A stretch of DNA of 64,000 bases from Candidatus Collierbacteria bacterium GW2011_GWB2_45_17 (GTDB taxonomy: Bacteria; Patescibacteriota; Microgenomatia; UBA1400; MFAQ01). The notes under the pieces were generated by a model. That model did not search any database and was not told the DNA's origin. It was given only the letters and a program-made list of their open reading frames with translations. This document shows positions 1 to 10,696 of the stretch, piece by piece (position 1 is the stretch's first letter; each line of letters starts with the position of its first letter). Where the stretch lies: contig LCKO01000005.1 of the NCBI GenBank assembly GCA_001001485.1, positions 3,552 to 67,551 of the forward strand. The letters run 5' to 3'. The position numbers and the translations under genes were made by a program.

Positions 1-888
1 TATTACGAGCAAGTAGATGAAAATAAATTTCGAAGTGGCGTAGTAATCACTTGTTTTATTGCCTTTATAGCCTCCTCCGCGTACGCCATAACTTATGCCA
101 TGGGGTTTGACTACAGTTTCATCGGCATCGCTTTTATTCTTTCGGGGATCCTAAGCTTTGCCAGTTTCTATTTTTCCGACAGTATTATTCTTTCTATTTC
201 CGGTGCCCTACCGGCTACCAAGAAAGACCATTTTGACTTTTTCACCGTCACCGAGAATCTCGTCCGTGTGGCTCACGTCCCTATGCCCAAACTCTACGTC
301 ATCGAAGACACCGCTATGAACGCCTTCGCCACCGGCAGGGATCCGGAACACGCCGTAGTCTGCGCCACCACTGGGCTACTTTCCAGATTAAACCGAACCG
401 AGATTGAGGGTGTTATCGCTCACGAACTTAGTCATGTCCGAAATTACGACACTCGTCTAATGGGTATCGTTACCATCTTGGTTGGTCTCATCACTCTTCT
501 AGCCGACATTCTTCTTCGGACTCGTATTCGCGGACGTGGTCGTGACAACGAAGGAAATGTGGGAGTTGTACTCTTTGTCGCTGGTCTTATCCTAGCCCTC
601 CTTTCTCCGATCATAGCTAAATTAATTCAGTTAGCTATATCTCGCCGGCGTGAGTTTTTAGCCGACGCCTCTGGAGTCTCTCTAACAAAATACCCTGAAG
701 GTTTGGCCAATGCCCTTGAGAAAATCTCGGCCGACAAGGAACCGCTTGAGGCCGCAAACAAAGCCACCTCTCATCTCTACATTTCCAATCCCCTAAAAAA
801 CCACCACGACTCCGTTGCTTGGTTTGCCGGTCTTTTCAACACCCATCCACCAGTTCAGGAACGTCTCAAAGCCCTCAGAGGTGAATAG
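1..888 (+). CDS. htpX: HtpX M48 zinc metalloprotease (5'-truncated by the window edge)
   Basis: NAFATG, HELSH and THPP motifs; frame 1 is open from base 1 (YYEQVDENKFRS...). Confidence 0.92.
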   Translation, partial: YYEQVDENKFRSGVVITCFIAFIASSAYAITYAMGFDYSFIGIAFILSGILSFASFYFSDSIILSISGALPATKKDHFDFFTVTENLVRVAHVPMPKLYVIEDTAMNAFATGRDPEHAVVCATTGLLSRLNRTEIEGVIAHELSHVRNYDTRLMGIVTILVGLITLLADILLRTRIRGRGRDNEGNVGVVLFVAGLILALLSPIIAKLIQLAISRRREFLADASGVSLTKYPEGLANALEKISADKEPLEAANKATSHLYISNPLKNHHDSVAWFAGLFNTHPPVQERLKALRGE

Positions 889-2098
889 CATTAACTCTTA
901 CCGGTTCAAAACCCTAAGGCGCAATAAATTTTTGCTATTTTGGTGCCGGTTTTTTATCGAGCTTAATGCACTTCAAGCCATAATCCAGCTTTTTTATCTG
1001 CACCGGGGGGTCTCCATGTCACAAATCTTCTACTTAGGAATTGCCTGGTCGATTGCTACGATTATCTTTGATATTCCCACTAGCATGATCGCAGATAAAT
1101 GGGGGAGGAAGAAGACGATAGTTCTCGGTGTGGTTATTAATATTTTCGCCAATCTGAGCATGTTTTTTGGTTACGGGTTCATTCCTTTCTTTATTAATAC
1201 TTTTCTCCTTTCGGTCTCCTTCTCTTTTTTCTCCGGGATTGAAGATGCATTCCTGTTTGATACTTTAAAAGAGATGAAACAAGAGGGCGTAGTTTTGAAG
1301 ACCTCCGGCAAATATGGCATTGCCGCCAAAGCCTCAAAGATTGTTACACCGCTTTTTGGTGTTTTGATTGCTGGTGGCCTAACCGCCTTACAGTTTAATC
1401 TTTTATTGGGTATCAATCTAATAAGTTCTGGCGTTGCTTTGGTCTTCGGCATTCTTCTAGTCGAACCCAAAAGACACATCGGGCGCAAACTCACTCACCT
1501 CAGGCTATTGAAGGAGACCTTCTCATTGCTACAAAAATCTCCGCTTCTCAGAACTTTTGCTTTTAACAAGACCTTTATTTTTATTGCCAGCTTTGTTTTT
1601 TGGAAATATTATCAAAAACCGTTGACTGATATGGGTATCTCGGTCTTATTGTTGGGTTTTCTCTATCCGATCTTTAATAGCGTGATTATTCTGATATATT
1701 CCAAAGCCGAATACATCTTCAATAGGTTTGATAAGAGATTAATTTTTGAATTTCCGATCTGGGTTACTCTCATTTGTAGTTTAATATTCGCTTTTTCGAC
1801 CAATAAATGGCTTTCCTATTTTGTTTCTATCTTCTTAATATTTACAGGGATTATCAGAGACCCTTTTTTCAATCAACAGGTACAATGGAGATTAAAATCA
1901 CAGAATAGATCTACAACAGGATCCGTAATGGGTCTGTTCAAAAGTTTCTTTGACATACCCATATTATTACTTTCTGGTTATCTAGCGTCATTTGGATCCT
2001 TGGCCATTATGTCAGTTCCGGCTTTGTTAAGCATCGTCACCCTAATTTTTTTCAGGATAAATAGTCGAGATATACTCCTGCATCCAATCGAGAAATAG
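881..2098 (+). CDS. MFS transporter
   Basis: About 12 hydrophobic segments; motif A ADKWGRKK; GTG start overlapping the htpX stop preferred over 815. Confidence 0.85.
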   Translation: MNSINSYRFKTLRRNKFLLFWCRFFIELNALQAIIQLFYLHRGVSMSQIFYLGIAWSIATIIFDIPTSMIADKWGRKKTIVLGVVINIFANLSMFFGYGFIPFFINTFLLSVSFSFFSGIEDAFLFDTLKEMKQEGVVLKTSGKYGIAAKASKIVTPLFGVLIAGGLTALQFNLLLGINLISSGVALVFGILLVEPKRHIGRKLTHLRLLKETFSLLQKSPLLRTFAFNKTFIFIASFVFWKYYQKPLTDMGISVLLLGFLYPIFNSVIILIYSKAEYIFNRFDKRLIFEFPIWVTLICSLIFAFSTNKWLSYFVSIFLIFTGIIRDPFFNQQVQWRLKSQNRSTTGSVMGLFKSFFDIPILLLSGYLASFGSLAIMSVPALLSIVTLIFFRINSRDILLHPIEK

Positions 2099-2213
2099 TA
2101 CCTACAAGGACTCTCCCCGAAGGCCCAACCGCAAACATCGCGAGACAAAAAAGGCCCTTCGTACTTAAACTCTACCTTCGTTTGACTGTATAATCTTTGA
2201 GGCTAGCCAATCT

Positions 2214-3578
2214 ATGATCAATCTTAAAATTACCAAACTCGAAAAGAGCTATAGCCAGCCCTTACTCGAAAATGTCACCCTGAATCATACAAGCAACGGC
2301 ATTGTGGCCTTGATTGGGGATAATGGCTCTGGCAAGACAACACTCCTAAAAATAATTGCCGATCTGGAAGAACAAGAAAGTGGCCGCATTGAGTGGACCG
2401 GGGAACCCAGAATTGGCTATCTTCAGCAAGAAATTGACTTTCTCCCGACTCTCTCCGGTGGCCAAAAGAAAATTGCTCTCCTGGCCGATCTAATATATTC
2501 CGGTCTTTACGATGTACTTCTTCTGGACGAACCCGATAATCATCTCGACATCGAAAATAAACAGTGGTTGGCTAGTGCTATGCAAGCTTTTGATGGTCTG
2601 ATTATTATGATTTCTCACGACCGGCATTTATTAAAGCAAATTACTACACATACTTGGCTGGTCGAAGACGGCAGTATCCGTACTTACCCATTTGGCTATG
2701 AAAAATTTGTCTTGGAATATCAAAAAGAACGCGATGATCTAGAGCACCTCTTCCATGTCCAAGATCGTGAGCATAAAAGATTAAAAGAATTGGTCGAAAG
2801 ATTCAGACAAAAAGCCGCCAGCGGGACCAAAGCGGCACGATACTACCACGCCCTGGAAAAACGTCTGGCTCGTTTTGAAACCGAAATGGTCAAAGATCCC
2901 AAGAAAAGGGATTCTCACATCGAGCTCAGTACCTCAGTTTCCGGTAAACAGATCAAGCACAAAATCGCCATCATGGTCAAAGATTTAAGTTTTTCTTACC
3001 CAGATAACCCAATTTTTGAAAAAGCCTCTCTATATATTGAGGTGGGGGAGAAAGTTGCTCTGATTTCTCCGAATGGTACCGGCAAGTCAACCTTAATCAA
3101 ATTAATCCTTAGCCAGCTGGAGCCCTCCGAGGGTGTTGCCAAAATAGGGGAGAATCTCAAGGTTGGCTATTATTCCCAGGAACATCTCGAAACCTTGGAC
3201 AAGGATGCCACTCCCATTGACTGTTTTACCAAACGTTTTCCTATTGCCGATTATCAGGCCGCCGCGGTTCTTCGCAAGTTCTATTTTGACAAGCACACTA
3301 TCAAATCCAAAATCTGGACTCTCTCCGGTGGCCAAAAAGCCCGTCTTCAATTGGCGCTCTTTCTCTACACCAATCCGGACATTCTGATACTCGATGAGCC
3401 AACAAATCACCTGGATCTTAAATCTGTCTCCGCCTTGGAAGAGTTTTTGGTGGATTACGAAGGTACGGTTCTCCTCATATCCCACGACCACGATCTACTA
3501 AATAACGTCTGTGATGTCGCCTACGATGTCAAAAACAAAAAAATTTCCCTCAGCCCCAACTTTCTAAATGAGGACTAA
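2214..3578 (+). CDS. ABC-F family ATPase
   Basis: Two NBDs (GDNGSGKT, LSGGQK, LLLDEP; SPNGTGKST, LSGGQK, ILDEPTNHLD), helical linker, no TM segments. Confidence 0.88.
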   Translation: MINLKITKLEKSYSQPLLENVTLNHTSNGIVALIGDNGSGKTTLLKIIADLEEQESGRIEWTGEPRIGYLQQEIDFLPTLSGGQKKIALLADLIYSGLYDVLLLDEPDNHLDIENKQWLASAMQAFDGLIIMISHDRHLLKQITTHTWLVEDGSIRTYPFGYEKFVLEYQKERDDLEHLFHVQDREHKRLKELVERFRQKAASGTKAARYYHALEKRLARFETEMVKDPKKRDSHIELSTSVSGKQIKHKIAIMVKDLSFSYPDNPIFEKASLYIEVGEKVALISPNGTGKSTLIKLILSQLEPSEGVAKIGENLKVGYYSQEHLETLDKDATPIDCFTKRFPIADYQAAAVLRKFYFDKHTIKSKIWTLSGGQKARLQLALFLYTNPDILILDEPTNHLDLKSVSALEEFLVDYEGTVLLISHDHDLLNNVCDVAYDVKNKKISLSPNFLNED

Positions 3579-3596
3579 TACTGCTAAAATTGGATT

Positions 3597-3896
3597 GTGC
3601 ATAAAGTCATAGTTACACCGGAAGAGGTCAAAAAGATTGCCAAGTTGGCTCATCTCAAACTTCAAGATAGCGAAGTAGAGCTCTTTGCTGGTCAATTTAC
3701 CGAAACGGTCGACGTCATTAATCAGTTAAACGAGATCGACACCTCAGAAGTGGCGGCCACCTACCAAGTCACAGGCCTCAGCAATATTACCCGCGAAGAC
3801 ATCGTCGATACAACTAGAATTCTTCCCCAAGAAACCGCATTGCGAGAGGTTATTCGAACTCACGAAGGTTTTTTTGTTGTTCCCCGCATCATATGA
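3597..3896 (+). CDS. gatC: Asp/Glu-tRNA amidotransferase subunit C
   Basis: EEVKKIAKLAHL...REDI...FFVVPRI; directly upstream of gatA. Confidence 0.9.
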   Translation: MHKVIVTPEEVKKIAKLAHLKLQDSEVELFAGQFTETVDVINQLNEIDTSEVAATYQVTGLSNITREDIVDTTRILPQETALREVIRTHEGFFVVPRII

Positions 3897-5317
3897 AACA
3901 ATTACACGAACTAACTATAGCCGAAGTCCACGAAGGGTACCGAAAGGGAGATTTTACCTGTGTCGATTTGGTCCGCCATTTTCTAAATCGCATTGAAAAA
4001 TATAATCCCAAATTAAATATTTTTTTGGCTCTTAACGATCAGGCCTTAATTCAAGCCGTTGCCGTCGATAGGGAAATCGCGGAGAAGGGGATTACGAGAG
4101 ATCTCCTGGGAATCCCCATGGCCATTAAAGATAATTTTTTAACTTTAGGCCTCTCCACTACCGCCAGCTCAAACATTCTTAAGGGATATTTACCTCAGTA
4201 CGAATCTACCACTACAAGGAGACTCCTTGAAGCAGGCGCCATCTTTCTCGGTAAAACCAACCTGGACTCTTTTGCCCATGGTAGTAGTACCGAGACCTCT
4301 GACTTTGGACCCACACTCAATCCCTGGAACACTAAAAGACTCCCCGGAGGCTCTTCCGGTGGCTCGGCGGCTGCTATCTCCGCTCAGCTCGCCACCGCCG
4401 CTCTGGGCAGTGAAACTGCCGGCTCCATCCGTCAGCCAGCCGCGTGGTGCGGTGTCACCGGCTTCAAACCATCTTATGGGAGGGCTAGCCGGTACGGTGT
4501 AATTGCGATGGCGAGCTCAACGGACTCCCCTGGTCCTCTGGCTCGCACTATCGTCGACACCGCTCTCATTACTAATGTTATCTCCGGTAAAGATCCACTG
4601 GACGCCACCACTAGCCCAAAAGAAGTCGAAAACTATCCGCAGTTTTTGGGTAAAAAAGATTTGTCTGGAGTCAAAATTGGTTTGGTCAAAGAATACCTGT
4701 TACCCACCATGCGCGAAGATGTAAAACAGCTCATCTTAGACGCCGCCGACAGACTTCGCTCCTTGGGAGCTACGGTTACAGAGGTATCTCTCATGGATCC
4801 AAAGTACGCGATCGGTACTTACGCTGTTATCTCTCGTTCGGAAATCAGCTCCAATCTCGCTCGATTTGATGGCATTCGTTTCGGACATTCAAGGGAGGCT
4901 TTTTGTCCGGAATCCAAGAGACGTATTCTTTTGGGAACCTACACACTTTCTGCCGGTTACTACGATGCCTATTACAAAAAAGCTGAAGCTGTACGTACCA
5001 AAATGATAGATCAATTCACCAAGATTTTTAAAACCTATGATGCCCTCATTGGCGCCGTTTCTCCCGGTCCGGCTCTTCCGGTCGGGGCCACTAAAGGTCA
5101 ACCGATGTTTGGTGAGATGGAAGATGTACTTTTGGAGCAGAGTTCCGTCGCAGGTCTCACTGGAGCCAGCGTACCCTGTGGCTTCGTAGACGATTTACCT
5201 ATTGGCTTACAAATTACCTGTGATCAGTTTCAAGAGAAAAAAGCTCTGATGATCACCGATTGTTATCAGCGAAACACTTCTTATAATTTGTTCCCCGATC
5301 TAGAAAAAACCTCATGA
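3893..5317 (+). CDS. gatA: Asp/Glu-tRNA amidotransferase subunit A
   Basis: Amidase signature PGGSSGGS, GSETAGSIRQPA, GFKPSYG. Confidence 0.95.
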   Translation: MKQLHELTIAEVHEGYRKGDFTCVDLVRHFLNRIEKYNPKLNIFLALNDQALIQAVAVDREIAEKGITRDLLGIPMAIKDNFLTLGLSTTASSNILKGYLPQYESTTTRRLLEAGAIFLGKTNLDSFAHGSSTETSDFGPTLNPWNTKRLPGGSSGGSAAAISAQLATAALGSETAGSIRQPAAWCGVTGFKPSYGRASRYGVIAMASSTDSPGPLARTIVDTALITNVISGKDPLDATTSPKEVENYPQFLGKKDLSGVKIGLVKEYLLPTMREDVKQLILDAADRLRSLGATVTEVSLMDPKYAIGTYAVISRSEISSNLARFDGIRFGHSREAFCPESKRRILLGTYTLSAGYYDAYYKKAEAVRTKMIDQFTKIFKTYDALIGAVSPGPALPVGATKGQPMFGEMEDVLLEQSSVAGLTGASVPCGFVDDLPIGLQITCDQFQEKKALMITDCYQRNTSYNLFPDLEKTS

Positions 5318-6615
5318 AAACTACTCCCATAATTGGTCTTGAAGTTCACGTCGAGCTGGAAACCAAGTCCAAAATGTTCTGCGGTTGCCCCGCCAATCAC
5401 TTTGGTAAAAAACCAAATACTCAAACCTGCCCTGTCTGCCTTGGTCTCCCCGGAGCCCTTCCGGTACCAAATAATAAAGCCATTGAATCCTGCATCAAAA
5501 TTGGTCTAGCTCTCAATTGTTCCGTCAATCGACTTTCCAAGTTTGATCGTAAGCAGTATTTTTATCCGGACCTGACCAAAGGTTATCAAATTAGTCAGTA
5601 CGACCAGCCATTTTGTTCCGATGGATCTGTATTGTTAGATTCAGGCAAAAAAATTGGCATCGAAAGAGTTCATCTGGAAGAAGATACCGGTAAACTTCAG
5701 CACACCGAGTTAAACGGAGAGAGGGTCACCTTGATCGATTTCAATCGTGGTGGAGTTCCTTTGGTGGAGATAGTATCTCGCCCGGATATGGAGAGCAGTG
5801 CCGAAGCCAAAGAGTATCTCAAGAAAATTCACGAAATTATCCGCGTCTTAGGTGTATCCAACGCCGACATGGAAAAAGGCCAGATGCGTCTCGAACCCAC
5901 GATCAATTTGAACATCGGTGGCAAATATACTCCCATAGTTGAGATTAAAAATATCAACTCCTTTAACTACGCCTCCCAAGCGATCGAGTACGAAATCAAA
6001 AGACAAGTCGAAGAATTCGAAAAAACAGGTGTCGAAAAATCGACCACCAACAAAACTACCCGCGGTTACGACCCGATCAAGAAAGTTACCTTTCTCCAGC
6101 GCGCCAAAGAAGAAGCCAAAGATTATCGCTACTTCCCCGAGCCGGACATTCCCCCCTTTATTATCGAAGAAGATTTGGTGGAAAAATTAAGACTGGAGAT
6201 TCCTCTGTTACCTGAGCAGGCAATTGAGAATCTCGTCTCTCTTGGAGTCGAAAAAAAAGACGCCAAAATTCTGATTAGCAATCAAAATCGCGTGGCAATT
6301 GAACGCCTCAAAAGTCTGGCCGATGATCCAGAAGTCAACCTCAAAAAAATGGCCAGTTTAATCGTGAACGGTAAATTAAGCACGACCGGTGATGTCAAAG
6401 CCGAGTATCTGAGTCTCACCAAAGTCGGCACTACCGATAGGGGAGAGCTGGAAAAAGTCATTCGTGAAATAATGGCCAGTAATCCGGCACTGGTGGATCA
6501 ATACCGACAGGGCAAAGTTAATTTAGCCGGTTTTTTTGTTGGCCAAGCGATGAAAGCTACCCATGGCTCCGCCAACCCCCAAACTCTGACCAAACTCATC
6601 ACCGAGCTCTTGTAA
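5314..6615 (+). CDS. gatB: Asp/Glu-tRNA amidotransferase subunit B
   Basis: IGLEVHVEL, YFYPDL, DYRYFPEPD. Confidence 0.96.
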   Translation: MKTTPIIGLEVHVELETKSKMFCGCPANHFGKKPNTQTCPVCLGLPGALPVPNNKAIESCIKIGLALNCSVNRLSKFDRKQYFYPDLTKGYQISQYDQPFCSDGSVLLDSGKKIGIERVHLEEDTGKLQHTELNGERVTLIDFNRGGVPLVEIVSRPDMESSAEAKEYLKKIHEIIRVLGVSNADMEKGQMRLEPTINLNIGGKYTPIVEIKNINSFNYASQAIEYEIKRQVEEFEKTGVEKSTTNKTTRGYDPIKKVTFLQRAKEEAKDYRYFPEPDIPPFIIEEDLVEKLRLEIPLLPEQAIENLVSLGVEKKDAKILISNQNRVAIERLKSLADDPEVNLKKMASLIVNGKLSTTGDVKAEYLSLTKVGTTDRGELEKVIREIMASNPALVDQYRQGKVNLAGFFVGQAMKATHGSANPQTLTKLITELL

Positions 6616-6647
6616 AAATGAGCGCTATCATCCAAGATTAGAGAGTT

Positions 6648-9600
6648 ATGCCAAAGTTTACCCATCTACACGTACACACCGAGTTCTCCCTTTTAGATGG
6701 ACTCAGTAAAATTAGCAAACTGGTCGCCAAAACCAAAGAATTCGGGCAAACTCACGTCGCTATCACCGACCACGGTTCGCTATACGGAGCCATCGAGTTC
6801 TACAAAAAAGCCACCAAGGAAGAAATTAAACCGATCATTGGCTGTGAAATCTATCTAGCTAAAGAATCCAGATTCGACAGAACCAAATCCGACGCCAATC
6901 ATCTGATTCTCTTAGCCGAAAATTTTGAGGGCTATCAAAACTTGATGAAAATTGTGACCCTCGGCTACACCGAAGGTTTTTATTATAAACCGCGTGTCGA
7001 CAAAGAGACTTTGGCAAAGTACTCCAAAGGTCTCATTTGTACTACAGCCTGCCCAGCCGGTAGAATCCAAAAACTTCTTTTGGAGGAAAGTTACAATTCA
7101 GCCAAAAAAGAACTCCAGGAATATGAGCAGATCTTTGGTTCCAAAAATATTTTTATCGAACTCCAGCGTCACCACTACGATAAGTACGCCATCGCCCCGG
7201 AAGTTCCTTCGGAAATAAAACCCAAACTTCTGGAGCTTCACCAAAACGAAATAAAAAATGGCGAAAGTTTAGTAAAGCTCTCTCGGGATCTGGGCATCCC
7301 GCTTATTGCCACCAATGACTCACATTATATAAATCAGGAAGATGCCGCCGCTCAAGACGCTCTTGTTTGTATTCAAACCGGAAAAATGCTCGACGATATT
7401 CACCGTATGCGCTATGTCGACACCCCCGATTTTTATCTCAAAAGTCCGGAGGAAATGTCTGCTGATTTTACCGACCTATCCGAAGCCATCGAAAACACCC
7501 AAGTAATTGCCGACCGTTGTGACGTTCAAATTAAACTGGGAGAGTGGTATTTTCCCAAACTAGGCTTACCCAAAGGCAAGTCCGCCGGTGAAGTACTGCG
7601 CGAAAAAGCCTACCAAGGTTGCCAGGAAATATTCGGCTCAGTTACCGAAGAACAAACCGTCAGATTAAACTACGAGCTGGAAATTATCGAAAAAAAGGGT
7701 TACTCACCATACTTTCTCCTTGAGTCCGGTATAATTAACTTTGCGAATGACAGGGGAATTTATACCAACACCAGAGGTTCTGCCGCCGGCTCTCTGGTTT
7801 CCTACTGCATCGGCATAACCACCGTTGATCCTCTCTATTTTCGCCTTCCCTTTGAGCGTTTCCTAAATCCATTTCGACCTTCACCCCCCGATATTGACCT
7901 AGATGTGGCCGATATTCACCGAGACGCTCTCATCAAATACCTTTCCGATACTTATGGTGCCGAAAAAGTTGGACAAATATGTACCTTTGGTACTATGAAG
8001 GCTCGAGCCGCCGTTCGCGATATTGGTCGTGTCATGGGTCTGCCTTACTCAAAAGTCGATAAAATAGCCAAAATGATTCCCGAGGGTAGTCAGGGTTTTC
8101 CGATGACTCTAAAAAAAGCCTTAGAAACCACACCGGAACTAGCCAAGTCGAGGGACAGCGATCCGGAAATCAAAAAACTGCTTAGTCTGGCTCAAAAGGT
8201 TGAAGGCAATGCCCGTCACATCTCCGTTCATGCCGCCGCTGTCATTGTTGGTCCAGACGATCTGGTCAAATTTACCCCGCTTCAAACGGAAACCGGTGGA
8301 GGGGACAGGGTCATTACTCAGTACGAAATGCATGCCTGCGAAGATATTGGGCTAATCAAGCTGGATATCTTGGGAATTTCAAACCTAACTATTTTAGCTA
8401 ATTCCGTTAAGCTGGTAGAAAAATTACATGACGTTAAGATTAATATCAAAAAGTTACCACTGGATGACAAAGAAACCTTCGCTATGTTATCCAGAGGAGA
8501 AACCTTTGGAGTTTTTCAAATGGCCGGCGGTGGAATGACAAAGTACTTAATTGATCTGAAGCCGGAAAGAATTGAAGACGTCATGGCTATGGTGGCCCTT
8601 TATCGCCCTGGTCCCATGGGTAGTATTCCGGATTATATAGCCAGAAAACATGACCCAAGTAAGATCACATATTTTGTTCCCGGGTTGGAAAAAATTTTAG
8701 ATCGCTCCTACGGTATTATCACCTATCAAGATGATGTTTTGCTCATGGCTATCGAACTAGCGGGCTACAACTGGGAAGAAGTCGATAAATTCCGAAAAGC
8801 TATTGGGAAAAAAATTGTTTCAGAAATGGAAGCTCAGCACATTAAGTTTGTCGATGGTTGTGTCACTCACTCACATATTCCTCATGAAAAGGCTGAAAAT
8901 TTATTCAAGCAAATAGAAACTTTTGCTGCTTACGGCTTCAACAAAGCCCACGCCGCTTCTTATGGCATTGTCGCCTATTGGACAGCCTATATCAAAACAC
9001 ACTATCCAGTTGAATATATGACCGCTCTGATGTCTGTCGAGGCGGGGGATACCGACAAGATTGTCTTAGCCATCGCCGAATGTGAAAAATTGGGAATTAA
9101 AGTTCTTCCTCCGGATGTGAATGAATCCCTGACGGACTTTACCATTATTGACCTCCTAGAATCTGAATGGCTACCGGAAGGCCGAGCTAGGAATACCGGA
9201 AAGGCTATTCGTTTTGGTCTTTCAGCCATAAAGAATGTGGGAATCTCGGCTATTACAGCTATTTTGGAAGCCAGAAAAAACGTACCTTTCAATTCATTTA
9301 CCGGCTTTTTAAAGAAGGTAGATTTACAAAAAGTAAACAAAAGAGTCGCCGAGTCTCTTATCAAGGCCGGGGCGCTAGACCGCTTTGGCAATCGTGCTCA
9401 ACTACTTTCAGCTCTCCCTGTAATTCGGGAAAACTCAGTTAAACTTCAAAAAGGAAAGGATGAAAATCAAGTCAGTCTTTTTAATACCGACCAGACAGAC
9501 AGTGATACCACCGATCATCTTCCCAACATACCAGAAATGACTCTGGAAGATAAGCTAAAATTGGAAAAAGAACTCCTAGGCTTCTATCTTTCAGACAATC

Positions 9601-10154
9601 CGGTCAAGAAGATTGTCCGTCAGGCGTCGGACATTATTAGCCATAAAATATCCACTCTAGATGCTACTCTTCATCTAAACCAGACAGTGGCTCTTGCCGG
9701 CATCCTTTCTCGAGTAAAGCTGGTAAACACCAAAAAAAACAATTCCAAGATGGCCTTTGCTACCCTGCAAGACGACACCGGCACTATCGACTGTATTATC
9801 TTCCCTAAGTTATTTGCCGAAAACCCCCAAATCTGGATCGAAGACTCACCTCTAGTTGTCAAGGGGAAGGTTGACAACCGAGAGGACAAACTTCAAATTG
9901 TGGCTGAATCTGTTACCCTTATCGATTTAAAACGGACACCCCCGGAACTGCAACATGAAATATTCATCAAGTCAGGAACCCCCAAGGAAGTGATGCAGAC
10001 AGTCTCGGATTTGCTCAAAAGACACCCCGGGGAACACGAAATGGTCATCGTTATCCAGTCTGCCAACAATATTAAAAAAATTACTCTTCCTCACAGGGTT
10101 GACTTCACCGATGACCTGGCTAAACAGGTGGAAAAAATCCTCCACGACTGGTAG
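6648..10154 (+). CDS. dnaE: DNA polymerase III alpha subunit
   Basis: PHP domain HLHVHTEFSLLDG, RGSAAGS, PPDIDLD, YGFNKAH, C-terminal OB fold. Confidence 0.97.
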   Translation: MPKFTHLHVHTEFSLLDGLSKISKLVAKTKEFGQTHVAITDHGSLYGAIEFYKKATKEEIKPIIGCEIYLAKESRFDRTKSDANHLILLAENFEGYQNLMKIVTLGYTEGFYYKPRVDKETLAKYSKGLICTTACPAGRIQKLLLEESYNSAKKELQEYEQIFGSKNIFIELQRHHYDKYAIAPEVPSEIKPKLLELHQNEIKNGESLVKLSRDLGIPLIATNDSHYINQEDAAAQDALVCIQTGKMLDDIHRMRYVDTPDFYLKSPEEMSADFTDLSEAIENTQVIADRCDVQIKLGEWYFPKLGLPKGKSAGEVLREKAYQGCQEIFGSVTEEQTVRLNYELEIIEKKGYSPYFLLESGIINFANDRGIYTNTRGSAAGSLVSYCIGITTVDPLYFRLPFERFLNPFRPSPPDIDLDVADIHRDALIKYLSDTYGAEKVGQICTFGTMKARAAVRDIGRVMGLPYSKVDKIAKMIPEGSQGFPMTLKKALETTPELAKSRDSDPEIKKLLSLAQKVEGNARHISVHAAAVIVGPDDLVKFTPLQTETGGGDRVITQYEMHACEDIGLIKLDILGISNLTILANSVKLVEKLHDVKINIKKLPLDDKETFAMLSRGETFGVFQMAGGGMTKYLIDLKPERIEDVMAMVALYRPGPMGSIPDYIARKHDPSKITYFVPGLEKILDRSYGIITYQDDVLLMAIELAGYNWEEVDKFRKAIGKKIVSEMEAQHIKFVDGCVTHSHIPHEKAENLFKQIETFAAYGFNKAHAASYGIVAYWTAYIKTHYPVEYMTALMSVEAGDTDKIVLAIAECEKLGIKVLPPDVNESLTDFTIIDLLESEWLPEGRARNTGKAIRFGLSAIKNVGISAITAILEARKNVPFNSFTGFLKKVDLQKVNKRVAESLIKAGALDRFGNRAQLLSALPVIRENSVKLQKGKDENQVSLFNTDQTDSDTTDHLPNIPEMTLEDKLKLEKELLGFYLSDNPVKKIVRQASDIISHKISTLDATLHLNQTVALAGILSRVKLVNTKKNNSKMAFATLQDDTGTIDCIIFPKLFAENPQIWIEDSPLVVKGKVDNREDKLQIVAESVTLIDLKRTPPELQHEIFIKSGTPKEVMQTVSDLLKRHPGEHEMVIVIQSANNIKKITLPHRVDFTDDLAKQVEKILHDW

Positions 10155-10163
10155 AATGTGCCA

Positions 10164-10694
10164 ATGGCAAATCAAATCACCTGGCAGGACAAGATTCAAT
10201 TTGGTGTCGGTGACACCATTAAAGTGTCGTTGGCTGTAAAAGAAGGTGAAAAAACCCGAATTCAAATATTTCAAGGTATTGTTATTGCTATCCGTGGTAA
10301 AGGAACCGGAAAAAACATTATCGTGCGTAAAATTGCTACCGGCAGTGTGGGTGTCGAAAAAATCCTACCCATCAATACTCCCACCATCACCGGCATCGAA
10401 ATCGTTAAAAAAGGCAAGGTCCGTCGAGCCAAACTCTACTTCTTAAGAACTCTCTTAGGTAAAAAGGCTACCAAAGTTAAAGATGTCTTCGTCAAAAAAG
10501 GCCAAAAGGCCGAAATAGAGGTTCCTGTCGAGGCTACGATCGAAACTCCTGAATCGGGAGAAACAAAAGCCGAAAAGACTCGTCCAGAGCCGATCAAGGT
10601 CAAAAATGCTCCAAAAGTAGAAGTAGTCAAAGTCAAAAAGATCAAAAAGGGTCCCAAAAAGATTGTCCGCAAGGAAAAGATCTTCGTCCGCTAG
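10164..10694 (+). CDS. rplS: 50S ribosomal protein L19 with C-terminal extension
   Basis: GDTIKV...EGEKTRIQIFQG...GKVRRAKLYFLR; TAGAAT 6 nt before the ATG. Confidence 0.93.
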   Translation: MANQITWQDKIQFGVGDTIKVSLAVKEGEKTRIQIFQGIVIAIRGKGTGKNIIVRKIATGSVGVEKILPINTPTITGIEIVKKGKVRRAKLYFLRTLLGKKATKVKDVFVKKGQKAEIEVPVEATIETPESGETKAEKTRPEPIKVKNAPKVEVVKVKKIKKGPKKIVRKEKIFVR

Positions 10695-10696
10695 CA

